In this document: positions 41,850 to 55,990 of the stretch, piece after piece | Position numbering within the stretch: the first letter of the stretch is position 1 | How the letters are laid out: every line of letters starts with the position of its first letter | NCBI GenBank assembly: GCA_964016885.1 | Contig: CAXHJY010000542.1 | Location: 5,324-69,323 of the forward strand | From: Eledone cirrhosa | Lineage: Eukaryota | Length of the DNA stretch: 64,000 nt | Direction: 5' to 3' | Translations under genes and position numbers: made by a program | The notes under the pieces: generated by a model | Told to the model about the DNA's origin: nothing | Databases searched by the model: none | The model's input: only the letters and a program-made list of their open reading frames with translations

Positions 41850-44562
41850 ACAACATAACATACAGCTACTTCTACTACTACCAGAACTACTACTACCATT
41901 ACTACTACAACTACTACCACTACAGCAACCACTACAACTACTACAGCTACTTCTACTACTACTAGAACTACTACTACTACTAGAACTACTACTACTACTA
42001 CTAGAACTACTACAACTACTACCACTACAGCTACTACTACAACTACAACTACAGCTACCACTACAACTACAACATAACATACAGCTACTTCTACTACTAC
42101 TACTAGAACTACTACTACCATTACTACTACAACTACTACCACTACAGCAACCACTACAACTACTACAGCTACTTCTACTACTACTAGAACTACTACTACT
42201 ACTAGAACTACTACTACTACTAGAACTACTACAACTACTACCACTACAGCTACTACTACAACTACAGCTACCACTACAACTACAACATAACATACAGCTA
42301 CTTCTACTACTACTACTAGAACTACTACTACCATTACTACTACAACTACTATCCACTACAGCAACCACTACAACTACTACAGCTACTTCTACTACTACTA
42401 GAACTACTACTACTATTAGAACTACTACTACTACTACTAGAACTACTACAACTACTACCACTACAGCTACTACTACAACTACTACAGCTACTTCTACTAC
42501 TACCAGAACTACTACTACTACTAGAACTACTACAACTACTACAACTACAGCTACCACTACAACTACAACATAACATACAGCTACTTCTACTACTACTACT
42601 AGAACTACTACTACCATTACTACTACAACTACTACCACTACAGCAACCACTACAACTACTACAGCTACTACTACAACTACAACTACAGCTACCACTACAA
42701 CTACAACATAACATACATCTACTTCTACTGCCACTACAGCAACCACTACAACAACTACAGCAACCACTACAACTACTACAGCTACTACTACAACTACTAC
42801 TACAACAACTACAACTACCACTACCACTACAACTACAATAACTACAGCTACCACTACAACTACTACAGCTACTACTACAACTACAGCTACCGCTACAACT
42901 ACAACATAACATACAGCTACTTCTACTGCCACTACAGCAACCACTACAACTACTACAGCTACTACTACAACTACTACTACAACAACTACAACTACCACTA
43001 CCACTACAACTACTACAACAATAACTACAGCTACCACTACAACTACAATAACTACAGCTACCACTACTACTACAACAATAACTACAGCTACCACTACAAC
43101 TACAATAACTACAGCTACCACTACTACTACAACAATAACTACAGCTACCACTACTACTACAATAACTACAGCTACCACTACTACTACAACAATAACTACA
43201 GCTACCACTACTACTACAACAATAACTACAGCTACCACTACAACTACAATAACTACAGCTACCACTACTACTACAACAATAACTACAGCTACCACTACTA
43301 CTACAATAACTACAGCTACCACTACTACTACAACAATAACTACAGCTACCACTACTACTACAACAATAACTACAGCTACCACTACTACTACAATAACTAC
43401 AGCTACCACTACTACTACAACAATAACTACAGCTACCACTACTACTACAACAATAACTACAGCTACCACTACTACTACAATAACTACAGCTACCACTACT
43501 ACTACAACAATAACTACAGCTACCACTACTACTACAACAATAACTACAGCTACCACTACTACTACAACAATAACTACAGCTACCACTACTACTACAACAA
43601 TAACTACAGCTACCACTACTACTACAATAACTACAGCTACCACTACTACTACAACAATAACTACAGCTACCACTACTACTACAATAACTACAGCTACCAC
43701 TACTACTACAACAATAACTACAGCTACCACTACTACTACAACAATAACTACAGCTACCACTACTACTACAATAACTACAGCTACCACTACTACTACAACA
43801 ATAACTACAGCTACCACTACTACTACAACAATAACTACAGCTACCACTACTACTACAACAATAACTACAGCTACCACTACTACTACAACAATAACTACAG
43901 CTACCACTACAACTACAATAACTACAGCTACCACTACAACTACAACAACTTCAGCTACCACTACTACAACAATAACTACAGCTACCACTACTACTACAAC
44001 AATAACTACAGCTACCACTACTACTACAACAATAACTACAGCTACCACTACAACTACAATAACTACAGCTACCACTACTACTACAACAATAACTACAGCT
44101 ACCACTACTACAACTACAATAACTACAGCTACCACTACTACTACAACAATAACTACAGCTACCATTACTACTACAACAATAACTACAGCTACCACTACTA
44201 CTACAACAATAACTACAGCTACCACTACAACTACAATAACTACAGCTACCACTACAACTACAGCTACTACAGCTACCACTACCACTACAACTACAGCTAC
44301 TACAGCTACCACTACCACTACCACTACAACTACAGCTACTACAGCTACCACTACCACTACAACTACAGCTACTACAGCTACCACTACCACTACAACTACA
44401 ATAACTACAGCTACCACTACCACCACTACAACTACAATAACTACAGCTACCACTACAACTACAGCTACTACAGCTACCACTACCACTACAACTACAATAA
44501 CTACAGCTACTACAGCAACTACAATAACTACAACAAAAACTACAACTACAACAACTACAGCC
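41850..44562. repeat. Compound (ACT/ACA/GCT)n tract with higher-order units of 27-30 bp
   Basis: Repeating ataactacagctaccactactactacaaca; source of the 954-aa poly-Val ORF. Confidence 0.95.
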
Positions 44563-44899
44563 ACAGAACATTGCCAAAGCTGCACAACTTTTGAGGAAAA
44601 ATTGATGCGATTCATAAATATATTTAGGGAATAAATTTGTCGCATGCAGCAGTAGGTTTTCACGTTAAATTATAGTTAAATAATCATTACTATATTTAAT
44701 GTAGTTTCAGCATTAAACACGTTAACTAGAAATAATTATATGAGACAAGAGAGAAAGGAAAGAAAGAAAAAAGAACATTAGACAATGGCGTATATTATTT
44801 TAATGGCGTTTACTATATCAAGAAGTACCCGGCGATGCCCGGGTACTTCATGAAGATACCAATATATCAATATATACCGTATTTCCCCGGGGTCGAAGA

Positions 44900-45022
44900 C
44901 ATGCATACATATCTACCTAGGTGATGTTGTGTAAATTCCAATGAGAGAGTCTTGTAACTATGTTAGAAACCGACTCTCTCTCTCTATTGGTAAAACTTTG
45001 TGAAATTATAAAACCAGAGGAA
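44900..45022 (+). mobile_element. Short 3' end of R4/Dong-like family (another at about 5655-5768)
   Basis: gtgtaaattccaatgagagagtc..gttagaaaccgactctc..attataaaaccagagg followed by CATA repeats. Confidence 0.65.
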
Positions 45023-45137
45023 CATGCATACATACATACAAACATACATACACGAGGCCCTTAAATCTCTTTGAAATACAATAAACGTTGTGACATGCCA
45101 CACAATGTTTTCTAAAATATAAGGGACTTTGTACTTA

Positions 45138-45308
45138 CCGTATTTCCCAGCGTCGAAAAAGCTACTTTTTTTCCTAAAATAAGTCTCAAAAATCTACTAT
45201 GCGTCCTGGAGGCCGAAGGTTGTTTATTATTTTTAATTTAAAATTTTTGGTTGTCAAAATTAGGGTGCTTCCTCGAAGACGAAGCGTCTCCGGCGCCGGG
45301 AAATACAG
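45138..45308. mobile_element. pogo/Tigger-type MITE
   Basis: TA-ccgtatttcccagcg ... cgccgggaaatacag-TA: TIRs with TA duplication. An isolated similar end lies at 44877-44900. Confidence 0.65.
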
Positions 45309-45787
45309 TATATTTGCACACACACACACGCACACGCACACGCACACGCACACGCACACGCACACGCACACACGCACACACACATTATAAAATATATGAC
45401 AAATAAACTATAATCTTTGTATCTTCTGAAATTATATCTTCTGTGAGATACTGTTGAAGTTTACTAGATAAGACAATTTGAAATGAATTGTTTTTGTGAA
45501 TAAATGTTTTATTCAGTTTGTTTTAGCCATATACACATATATTATCAGTTGATATATATTCAACATATTTATAACCTATGAAGTTTTGAATAAACAACTT
45601 TCTTCTACTTCTATCTACTCTATTTCTCTGTACTTATCTGTCTGTTGGTCTGTCAATATGTCCGTCTCTTTCCCTTTTCTCTCTCTTGGTGAGCGTCTCT
45701 TTCCATCACTCCCTATTCCCCCTTTTCTCAGTTTTTAACTCTCGTATTCTATTACGCTTCATCTCTCATTCACCTCTCTCTCTCTCT

Positions 45788-45851
<64 letters not shown>

Positions 45852-46339
45852 CTCTATCTCTCATCCTGACTTACTCTTTCTCTTTCTTTTCTTGTGGTTC
45901 GGCAAATAGAGATCGATATAATATAAATAGATTGGAATAGATTGGAATAGATTGCCCCAGTATAACTGTTGACCAATCGAATGACTGGAACCAATAAAAG
46001 ATCTGATTAATTTCCCCCCTCATTTTTTGTATTGTTCCTTTGCTATGTTGACTGTATGTCTATAAACCTAAACCTATATATATATAAATTTGAGCGACTT
46101 CCGTCCGTCACATAATGTGTGTGTGTGTGTGTGTGTGTGTGAGTAAAAGAAAGGAAGGGGATGGTGAAAAAACTATAGCAAAACAGCGGTTGACGTTTCA
46201 TTTGCTACGCTGTGTGTGAGTGTATGTGTAAATGTATGTGTGTTTGTGTGAATATATGTCTGTGAGTATGTATTTTTGTAAGTGTGTCTGTGTTTGCGCG
46301 TTTATATTTATATACCCATACATATAAATTTATGCATAT

Positions 46340-46397
<58 letters not shown>

Positions 46398-46560
46398 GCA
46401 TACATACACACACGCGTCAGCGTGTTGAAAAAATTCTAGTGAAACAAAATTCGGCAATTGAAAGTGACTTAAGAATAATAAGTGAAATGTACTTGGTTTG
46501 ATGGGTGTTTGTGTGTGTGTTTTTGTGTGTCTCACTCTTTTATATTTTTTACTGTTGCAG

Positions 46561-46643
46561 GTGACGTAGGAAGTAAATATGTATCTGTCCTTCTTGATAA
46601 AGAAGAGACCATGCTGGACATCACGAAAATTCAAGGAACAGAA
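46561..46643 (+). CDS. RGK-like small GTPase, internal exon (switch I to G3 region)
   Basis: Pyrimidine-rich tract and tgcag acceptor ending 46560; GTAAGT donor at 46644. Phase 1 in, phase 0 out. Encodes DVGSKYVSVLLDKEETMLDITKIQGTE, resembling the 'VSVLLDGEESxLxFxD' strand of Ras/RGK proteins, and splices in frame to 61541. Confidence 0.75.
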
Positions 46644-46724
46644 GTAAGTTTGATTTCATTTTAACATTTAGCCACAAATTTCCAAACATAGATTCAAAAG
46701 CTTTTATCACAGTTATATAGCATC

Positions 46725-47490
46725 TTAAGAAAGTATTTGTCTACCATAGTTTTGTGCCACTCAAAACCTTCGTAGCACCTTAAGCAAGTATTGTCTACCA
46801 TAGGTTCTTTGGTAGCATTTTAAGCAAGTGTTGTCTACCATAGATTTGTGTCAATCAAAATCTTGGTAGCACCTTACGCAAGTATTGTCCACTATAGATT
46901 TGTGTCAATCAAAATCTTGGTAGCCTCTTAAGCAAGTATGGTCCACCATAGATTTGTGTCAATCAAAACCTTGGTAGCATCTTAACAAGTATTGTCCACC
47001 ATAGATTTGTGTCAATCAAAACCTTGGTAGCATTTTAAGCAAGTATGGTCGACCATAGATTTGTGTCAATCAAAACCTTGGTAGCATTTTAAGCAAGTAT
47101 GGTCGACCATAGATTTGTGTCAATCAAAACCTTGGTAGCATTTTAAGCAAGTATGGTCGACCATAGATTTGTGTCAATCAAAACCTTGGTAGCATTTTAA
47201 GCAAGTATGGTCGACCATAGATTTGTGTCAATCAAAACCTTGGTAGCATTTTAAGCAAGTATGGTCGACCATAGATTTGTGTCAATCAAAACCTTGGTAG
47301 CATTTTAAGCAAGTATGGTCGACCATAGATTTGTGTCAATCAGAACCTTGGTAGCATTTTAAGCAAGTATGGTCCACCATAGATTTGTGTCAATCAGAAC
47401 CTTGGTAGCATTTTAAGCAAGTATGGTCCACCTTAGATTTGTGTCAATCAAAACCTTGGTCGCATTTGAAGCAAGTATTGTCTACTATAG
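46725..47490. repeat. 54-bp minisatellite (about 14 copies)
   Basis: Unit accatagatttgtgtcaatcaaaaccttggtagcattttaagcaagtatggtcg; homogeneous centre, degenerate edges. Confidence 0.92.
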
Positions 47491-48233
47491 TCTTCCAAGT
47501 GAAACATTGAAGATGGGGAAACTGTTGGAAATCCTAGTTTAATACCACCATCTGGCCCTTGGACATTCTGTTGCTTTCATTGCAACCAGGTCTCTGGCCT
47601 AAGGATAACTTCCCTCTCTTTTCCCCTACCAAACTCATTGTCCTCGATATGAGTCATGAGCACTTACCTTCCTCCCCAATCTAACTCATTAAAATCTGCT
47701 CTAAAGCAATACTAATATATTCTACAAGACAGCAATTATTTTTCAGTTAGTTTAATAAATACGAACGACGAAGTGATATTTTATTAAACAAACTGAAAAT
47801 TGAATTGCTGCCTTGGACAACAACAATACAGAAAATATTTTATTTAGTTTCCTAGTAATAAACACAACCGTACTTTGTATAATGATATAAGAATCGTTGA
47901 CAAAAGACGCTTGATGTATTCTAGAAAGGAACAGTTGCTATCCTTTATAAAACTCCTCATTTTTTCTACCCCGGTAATTGGTTTCAACAAAAGGAAGCGA
48001 ACTAATAGATTTCTTGATCTTGCTCAAACAATATCAATGCGGAGTAAATCGCATGTTTAAACTTGCTCATCAATTATTTCTCTTTTGAATCGCAGACTGA
48101 AAGAAGATAAAATCTCAACTGAAGATATAAGCACCCTATTAAATTGTAACATTGTTTTGTTTTTTTTTCCACTTTTCATTGTTATTAGTATTATCATTAC
48201 TGTAGGTGTTGTTGTTGTTGCTGTTGCTGTTGC

Positions 48234-48288
<55 letters not shown>

Positions 48289-48718
48289 GCTGTTGTTGGT
48301 GGTGGTGGTGGTGGTGGTGGTGGTGGTGGTGGTGGTGGTGGTGGTGTTGTTGTTGTTGTTGTTGTTTGGTAGTTCTTGACAACTGGCATCACCTGATATT
48401 GTATTGTATTGCCAACGACACAGATAATAAAGGAACATATTAGATTGGAGTCACAGCTGGTTGGGTCAGGGAAATGAAGCAGATGAGGGGGGGGGGGGGA
48501 GAAGAAGACAAAGGTGGGGAACAAGACGAAGAAGAAGGAGAAGACGAAGGTGGAGAAGAAGAAGAAGAAGAAGAAGAAGAAGAAGAAGAAGAAGGTGAAG
48601 AAGAAGAAGAAGGAGAGGAGGAGGAGAAGAAGAAGGAGAAGGTGGAGAAGAAGACGAAAAAGCTGAAGAAGGCAAAGAAGATGGAGACAGTGAGGATGTC
48701 AAGCCACTAGTCTTAAGG

Positions 48719-48778
<60 letters not shown>

Positions 48779-50063
48779 ATACCTTCAGTCTCTTCATTGG
48801 TATTACAATATCTTCGTGGTATATATTTAATCCGTTAGTATGTTTAACACCTTCACGTGGGCCTTGGGTGGTTCTAGCGAAGTGCTCTCTGTTGCAGAGT
48901 CGTTAGAACGTCGGGTAGAATGCTTTGTGGTACTCGTTCCGATTCTCTCTGCTCTCTGAGCTCAAAGTACTCAATACATGGTAATATGCAGAGTGGTTAT
49001 ATAAGTAAAAGTAGAAGACCTCCCGCGAGCTCGGCGGTTTCGGCTAGTTGCCTCTTGTGGTAACTAGCCGAAACCGCATCTATTCTTATATATATGAGGC
49101 GAAGTGAAATATCTGAGAAAGAGTTACTTAATATATTTTGTAGGCATGTAGGTAGAGACAACAGTACCTATGTCTATACATTATCAGACTCATTAACTGC
49201 TTAATGAACACAACCACAAGGGTATGGTCCGAACGTGGAAGAGCCGAACTCCCACTGTCATCGCCTCCATCTCTCTTGCCCTCCTCACCTCTCTGTATGG
49301 TGAGCAAATGGGGTCCCACATGCTTCCCCCCCTCCTCCCCCACAGCCCCGGCGGACAGAATGGAGAAGGCGTTTTCCCGGAGTATGGTAAGGGAAATGTG
49401 CTGGAAAAGTTAATGGTTGTTATGAAAGACGCTGATAAGCTCGACAAATACAATTTTAGTTAGATATATAACTTTACTTCACTTCAGTTGAAAAGGAAAA
49501 AGAATATAATTACTTCGAATCATTAAAATATAGAATTTATATATAAGGGCGGTGTCTCAGCATGGCCTCAGTCGGATGACTGGAACAGGTAAAAGAGTAA
49601 AAGAGTAATTGATGGCAACACTCCCCAATGAATACAGTGTTGAAAAAGGTCTCCGTGTTGTGCTGGAGAATCTTCGTTTAATATGCTATGCTAGGTTAAA
49701 ATATGACAATCTGTAGTCAGACAGTACGCACCAACATTGGTAGTAGTAAGCAATGGCAGATCTGTTGTCTATATGAAGAGGCAGATGATTCTGTGTGGTC
49801 CAAGTGCCGATGGAAGAATTGCTGTCGAGCCCTTGCCGACATCTTTTTGTTAAATTCTACATCTCGCTATCTGCTTGAGCAGATCGAAGTGATACTTCTC
49901 CCCCAAGGAATGAGAGAAAGAAAAATTTACCTCGCTTTACCTCAAGCTAACCACTCACTCCAGACAACTGACACCAACCGAGATAAAAAGAAATAGCAGC
50001 CAGATGTGATGCGGGGGTCAGTATGCGCGAAGAGATTTCGCTACGCACACACACACACGCGCA

Positions 50064-50177
<114 letters not shown>

Positions 50178-50246
50178 GAGGATGTCAAGCCACTAGTCTT
50201 AAGGTTCACACACACACATGCACGCACACACACACACACACGCACG

Positions 50247-50328
<82 letters not shown>

Positions 50329-50340
50329 CACACATATATG

Positions 50341-50750
50341 ATGGCTGCAAACTCTGCTAAGAGTATTGCAATCGCTTGTAACAGATGCTGAACAAACAAT
50401 GCCTGTGCTTTGAAGGTTTTTTTAAGTGGGGAAAGGCCTTGCACTCAACCAATCCCACTCTCTGAGCATCGAAAACACTACCTGAAAAAGAGAACTGGTC
50501 AACATCATCGGTTGCTTCCAAAGTCGCAGGTTTTTTTTCAGAGTTTCCCTCTCCAAGAAAGATGTGACAACAACTGGGGGCTTTTCACTCCCAGGTTTAA
50601 AAAAAAGTACTATTTGGATGGCCATTGATTCTGCTGAGTACCTCCGCCCTTTACCGGGTCTTGTATTTCATCCCCTAGGGTGTCCAAATATCACCCTCCT
50701 CACCAAGCAAGCTTGGTGGGGTTGCTGGTTTAGTCGCCGACGACCCGACC
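50341..50750 (-). mobile_element. Diverged relative of the 32074-32628 family
   Basis: Shares tttggatggccattga, tcaccctcctcaccaag..cttggtggggttgc..tttagtcgcc.acgacccgacc and aatgcctgtgc. Confidence 0.65.
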
Positions 50751-50816
50751 ATGAGACAGGTTGTACTGGGTTACATGTTACCGGTAGCACTCGAAAGCGA
50801 CCTGACACACACACAT

Positions 50817-50856
<40 letters not shown>

Positions 50857-51149
50857 GTTAGGATTGGTGCTCTGAAATAGCGATGTATACATGAATGTAT
50901 GTATAGTATATTGGGCAATATACTGTGTATTAAATTAAAAACATTTAGAAGACCATTCGCTATCAGTGTTAAAGTAGTGACTATGTCACTTACTTCTTTT
51001 CAGCGAAAACATACAGTATATTGCCAAATATACTATACATACATTCATATATATATATATATATATATAACGGAGGAAATGTGGTAAGGAACCAGGTGGA
51101 CCATAACGCTCCAAAGTACTCAATACTTAGGGTAGTAGAGTGGGTAATA

Positions 51150-51282
51150 GGAACGAGTAGGACCCCGACGGCTGAGCTCAAGCCGTTTCGACGGCTAATT
51201 CTGGACTAAATGAAAATTTTCATTTAGTCCAGAATTAGCCGTCGAAACGGCTTGAGCTCAGCCGTCGGGGTCCTACTCGTTC

Positions 51283-51283
<1 letters not shown>
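51150..51283. repeat. Perfect 134-bp zero-loop palindrome
   Basis: Centre aaaa|tttt at 51216/51217; arms contain GAAAcggct..agccgTC. Confidence 0.95.
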
Positions 51284-51334
<51 letters not shown>

Positions 51335-51959
51335 GGTTGTTTTCTGGCAGATTTTGACCTCAACAAGATTTGAACTCAGAACGCCATAAACCGGAATAAA
51401 TATCGCCCTTTACAACTCTGCCAATTCCTTGTCTTAGATTACCGTTTTCCAACTTTAGAAACGAAACATTCTATTATTTGTTCTCGAAAGGAAGTCTACG
51501 TCTTAGTCTCCTATTATAACTCAATTCACGCCTAAAGTACTTCATAGGAACTAACAGAAAACCACCATTCGGGTGGTTTTCTATTAGCATGTGTAGAGTG
51601 CATATTGATATTATCTGCAAATATATAAGCATTTAGATATAATATGTCAAACAAAATCGTAATTGGGAATATGCACAGAAATTGAAGAGAGACTGTTACA
51701 CTCTCTTATGTAATCAGTAAAGTAATCCGTGATACATAAAAAAAAAGACGATATTATATATAAACTGCATTATGAACGTTTATATAAGAGATGTAATAAG
51801 TGTTATATAACGGACGCTAACCGGAAGTGTTGACATTTGAAAATTTTAAAGAAGTGAATTTTGAAATAAGTAATAAAATTATTTATATTTAATCAAGAGT
51901 TACGAAATTTAGTACATAAATTGTGTAATATTCATTCATTAATTATTCAAATACTGAAT

Positions 51960-52148
51960 GGCGGCGAATTGGCAGAGTCGTTAGAACGTGGGATAGAATG
52001 CTTTATGGTATTCATTCCATCTCTCTGCTCCCAGTTCAAATCCCGCCGAGGTCAACTTTGCCTTTCATCCTTACGGAGTCGATAAAATAAAGTACCAGTA
52101 ATGCACTGGGACAATTGCTGGCCTTGTGCCAAAAGTAGAAACAATTAT
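51960..52148 (+). mobile_element. tRNA-derived SINE with Nin/Deu-like domain (short-tail type)
   Basis: A box tggcagagtcgtt, B box gttcaaatcc, then gcctttcatccttacggagtcgataaaataaagtaccag. Related copies at about 6865-7045(-), 25410-25590(+), 37705-37888(-), 39020-39205(-), 39750-39937(-), 56052-56240(-), 56245-56465(-), 58150-58370(-) and 58400-58578(-). Confidence 0.82.
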
Positions 52149-52664
52149 TTATTCAAAGTAATCCAACTTATTTTACAAACGGGATAAAAAGATATATTCA
52201 GGGCGCAGTCCCGCACTTCTTTCTTTATTATATTGACGCCAGTATTAAGTCGACGCCAGTACTTGACTGGTACTTTTCTCTATCGTGTAATGAATATATT
52301 TGTATCTATGTGTGTACGTATGTAGGTATAGGTATAAGGTATGGGTGTGTGTACGTAAGTAGGTATATATTGTGTGTGGTCTTTATTTTTTTATTTATTT
52401 TCTTTCATTGCTAAAATCTGGCTTTAACATTTGTATCGACTTATTTGTAAGTTTGAAAGCTAAACGCGACATCATCATCAACAACAACAACAACAACAAT
52501 GACAGGAAAACAAACAAACTAAAACAAGCTAAAAAAAAAGACAACAAAACAAACAAAAAAATACAAAATTAATTAGGAAACACATGATATACATACTTCT
52601 AATTGTAATTAACCCATGCCCTTCCAATTAAACAAAAACAATATATATATATATATATATATAC

Positions 52665-52768
<104 letters not shown>

Positions 52769-53101
52769 CAATTATATATATAATTGTATTCGTTAAATTT
52801 AGTTTATTTCAAATGTTCGGTACTGGAAATATCATTAACTTTTCTATTCAATGTCATTATCAATTAATCAACTACGTGAAAACACATCTTTTTCTGAGTT
52901 TCCTGTTGTTTTGTCATCGTTTGTTGGTAGATTGGTTGAATCGGTAGAGCGCTGACAAAAGGATTTGCGCTATTTTGTTTTCTATTCTATGTCATTAATA
53001 TAGTTAATTAGTTAACTACGTGAAAACACACGTGTTAGTGGGAAATAAACTAAATGTACATTCACATCGTTTTCCTCTTATTTTGTTCTCATTGGGTAAT
53101 A

Positions 53102-55362
53102 GATTGGCAGAATCGGTAGAGTGTTGGACAGAAGGTTTTGTGCTAGAATAGGTAGAGTGTCTGACAGAAGGTTTTGTGACAGAATCAGAGGAGTGTCTGA
53201 CAAAAGGCTTTGTGGCAGAATTGGTAGAGCGTTGTACAGAAGGTTTTGTGGCAGAATTGGTAGAGTGTTTGACAGAAGGTTTTGTGACAGAATCGGTAGA
53301 GTGTCTGACAGAAGGTTTTGTGGCAGAATTGGTAGAGCGTTGAACAGAAGGTTTTGTGGCAGAATTGGTAGAGTGTCTGACAGAAGTTTTTGTGGCAGAA
53401 TCGGTAGAGTGTCTTACAGAAGGTTTTGTGGCAGAATTGGTAGAGTGTTTGACAGAAGGTTTTGTGACAGAATCGGTAGAGTGTCTGACAGAAGGTTTTG
53501 TGGCAGAATCGGTAGAGTGTCTTACAGAAGGTTTTGTGGCAGAATTGGTAGAGCGTTGAACAGAAGGTTTTGTGGCAGAATTGGTAGAGTGTCTGACAGA
53601 AGGTTTTGTGGCAGAATCGGTAGAGTGTCTGACAGAGGGTTTTGTGGTAGAATTGGTAGAGTGTTTGACAGAAGGTTTTGTGGCAGAATTGGTAGAGTGT
53701 TTGACAGAAGGTTTTGTGACAGAATCGGTAGAGTGTCTGACAGAGGGTTTTGTGGCAGAATCGGTAGAGTGTCTTACAGAAGGTTTTGTGGCAGAATTGG
53801 TAGAGTGTCTGACAGAGGGTTTTGTGGCAGAATCGGTAGAGTGTCTTACAGAAGGTTTTGTGGCAGAATTGGTAGAGTGTCTGACAGAGGGTTTTGTGGC
53901 AGAATCGGTAGAGTGTCTGACAGAAGGTTTTGTGGCAGAATCGGTAGAGTGTCTGACAGAGGGTTTTGTGGCAGAATCGGTAGAGTGTTTGACAGAAGGT
54001 TTTGTGGCAGAATCGGTAGAGTGTTTGACAGAAGGTTTTGTGGCAGAATCGGTAGAGTGTTTGACAGAAGGTTTTGTGGCAGAATCGGTAGAGTGTTTGA
54101 CAGAAAGTTTTGTGGCAGAATCGGTAGAGTGTTTGACAGAAGGTTTTGTGGCAGAATCGGTAGAGTGTTTGACAGAAGGTTTTGTGGCAGAATCGGTAGA
54201 GTGTTTGACAGAAGGTTTTGTGGCAGAATCGGTAGAGTGTCTTACAGAAGGTTTTGTGGCAGAATTGGTAGAGTGTTTGACAGAAGGTTTTGTGACAGAA
54301 TCGGTAGAGTGTCTGACAGAGGGTTTTGTGGCAGAATCGGTAGAGTGTCTTACAGAAGGTTTTGTGGCAGAATTGGTAGAGTGTCTGACAGAGGGTTTTG
54401 TGGCAGAATCGGTAGAGTGTCTGACAGAAGGTTTTGTGGCAGAATCGGTAGAGTGTTTGACAGAAGGTTTTGTGGCAGAATCGGTAGAGTGTTTGACAGA
54501 AGGTTTTGTGGCAGAATCGGTAGAGTGTTTGACAGAAGGTTTTGTGGCAGAATCGGTAGAGTGTTTGACAGAAGGTTTTGTGACAGAATCGGTAGAGTGT
54601 CTGACAGAAGGTTTTGTGGCAGAATCGGTAGAGTGTCTGACAGAAGGTTTTGTGGCAGAATCGGTAGAGTGTCTGACAGAAGGTTTTGTGGCAGAATCGG
54701 TAGAGTGTCTGACAGAAGGTTTTGTGACAGAATCGGTAGAGTGTCTGACAGAAGGTTTTGTGGCAGAATCGGTAGAGTGTCTGACAGAAGGTTTTGTGGC
54801 AGAATCGGTAGAGTGTCTGACAGAGGGTTTTGTGGCAGAATCGGTAGAGTGTCTGACAGAAGGTTTTGTGGCAGAATCGGTAGAGTGTTTGACAGAAGGT
54901 TTTGTGACAGAATCGGTAGAGTGTCTGACAGAAGGTTTTGTGGCAGAATCGGTAGAGTGTCTGACAGAAGGTTTTGTGGCAGAATCGGTAGAGTGTCTGA
55001 CAGAGGGTTTTGTGGCAGAATCGGTAGAGTGTCTTACAGAAGGTTTTGTGACAGAATCGGTAGAGTGTTTGACAGAAGGTTTTGTGACAGAATCGGTAGA
55101 GTGTCTGACAGAAGGTTTTGTGGCAGAATCGGTAGAGTGTCTGACAGAAGGTTTTGTGGTAGAATTGGTAGAGTGTCTGACAAAAGGTTTTGTGGCAGAA
55201 TTGGTAGAGTGTTTGACAGAAGGTTTTGTGACAGAATCAGTAGAGTCTCTTACAGAAGGTTTTGTGACAGAATCGGTAGAGTGTCTGACAGAGGGTTTTG
55301 TGGTAGAATTGGTAGAGTGTCTGACAAAAGGTTTTGTGACAGAATCGGTGGAGCGTCTGACA
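53102..55362 (+). repeat. 36-bp tandem satellite (about 60 copies)
   Basis: Unit gtggcagaatcggtagagtgtctgacagaaggtttt; explains the 12-aa periodic ORFs on both strands. Confidence 0.95.
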
Positions 55363-55389
55363 ATTCGTCGCCTACAGTCACCGTGTAAA

Positions 55390-55990
55390 CCGAGTCCAAT
55401 ATACGAGATATACAAGATATACGTACACCTGGTAGACAAAACACTTGTCCGTGTCCAATACACGAGATATACAAGATATACGTACACCTGGTAGACAAAG
55501 CTCTTGTCCGTATCCAATACACGAGATATACGGGATGTTAGCACACCTGGTAGACAAACTCTTGTCCGCGTCCAATACACGAGATATACGGGATGTTAGC
55601 ACACCTGGTAGAAAAAGCTCTTGTCCGTGTCCAATACATGAGATATACGAGATGTTAGCACACCTGGTAGACAAACTCTTGTCCACGTCCAATACACGAG
55701 ATATACGAGATGTTAGCACACCTGGTAGACAAAGCTCTTGTCCGTGTCCAATACACGAGATATACGGGATGTTAGCACACCTGGTAGACAAAACTCTTGT
55801 CCGTGTCCAATACACGAGGTATACAAGATGTTAGCACACCTGGTAGACAAAACTCTTGTCCGTGTCCAATACACGAGGTATGCAAGATGTTAGCACACCT
55901 GGTAGACAAAGCTCTTGTCCATGTCCAATACACGAGGTATACAAGATGTTAGCACACCTGGTAGACAAAGCTCTTGTCCATGTCCAATAG
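55390..55990. repeat. About 58-bp minisatellite (about 10 copies)
   Basis: Unit gtccaatacacgagatatacgagatgttagcacacctggtagacaaagctcttgtccgt. Confidence 0.92.

Noticed and set aside
41799-44663. 954-aa poly-Val ORF and the poly-Thr ORF at 11087-12397
   Set aside because: Translations of trinucleotide repeats with no splice or domain support.
44823-44849. GC-rich hairpin aagtacccggcgatgcccgggtactt (Helitron-end-like or terminator-like)
   Set aside because: No matching opposite end or CTAG terminus identified.
47995-48080. TTGATGAG..GAAA on the minus strand; also isolated CTGATGA at 278-284(-), 10080 and 33763
   Set aside because: Core mismatch or missing stems; expected by chance or too decayed to call.
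49204-49463. ORF containing LYGEQMGSHMLP, superficially like an RT GxxMGS motif
   Set aside because: No other RT motifs; too short to support.
49600-50030. Possible decayed LINE coding fragment
   Set aside because: Multiple stops and no motif I could identify with confidence.
53016-55580. 640-854 aa repetitive ORFs in several frames (mucin-like appearance)
   Set aside because: Open on both strands because the 36-bp unit lacks stops; intronic position and SINE-like origin.
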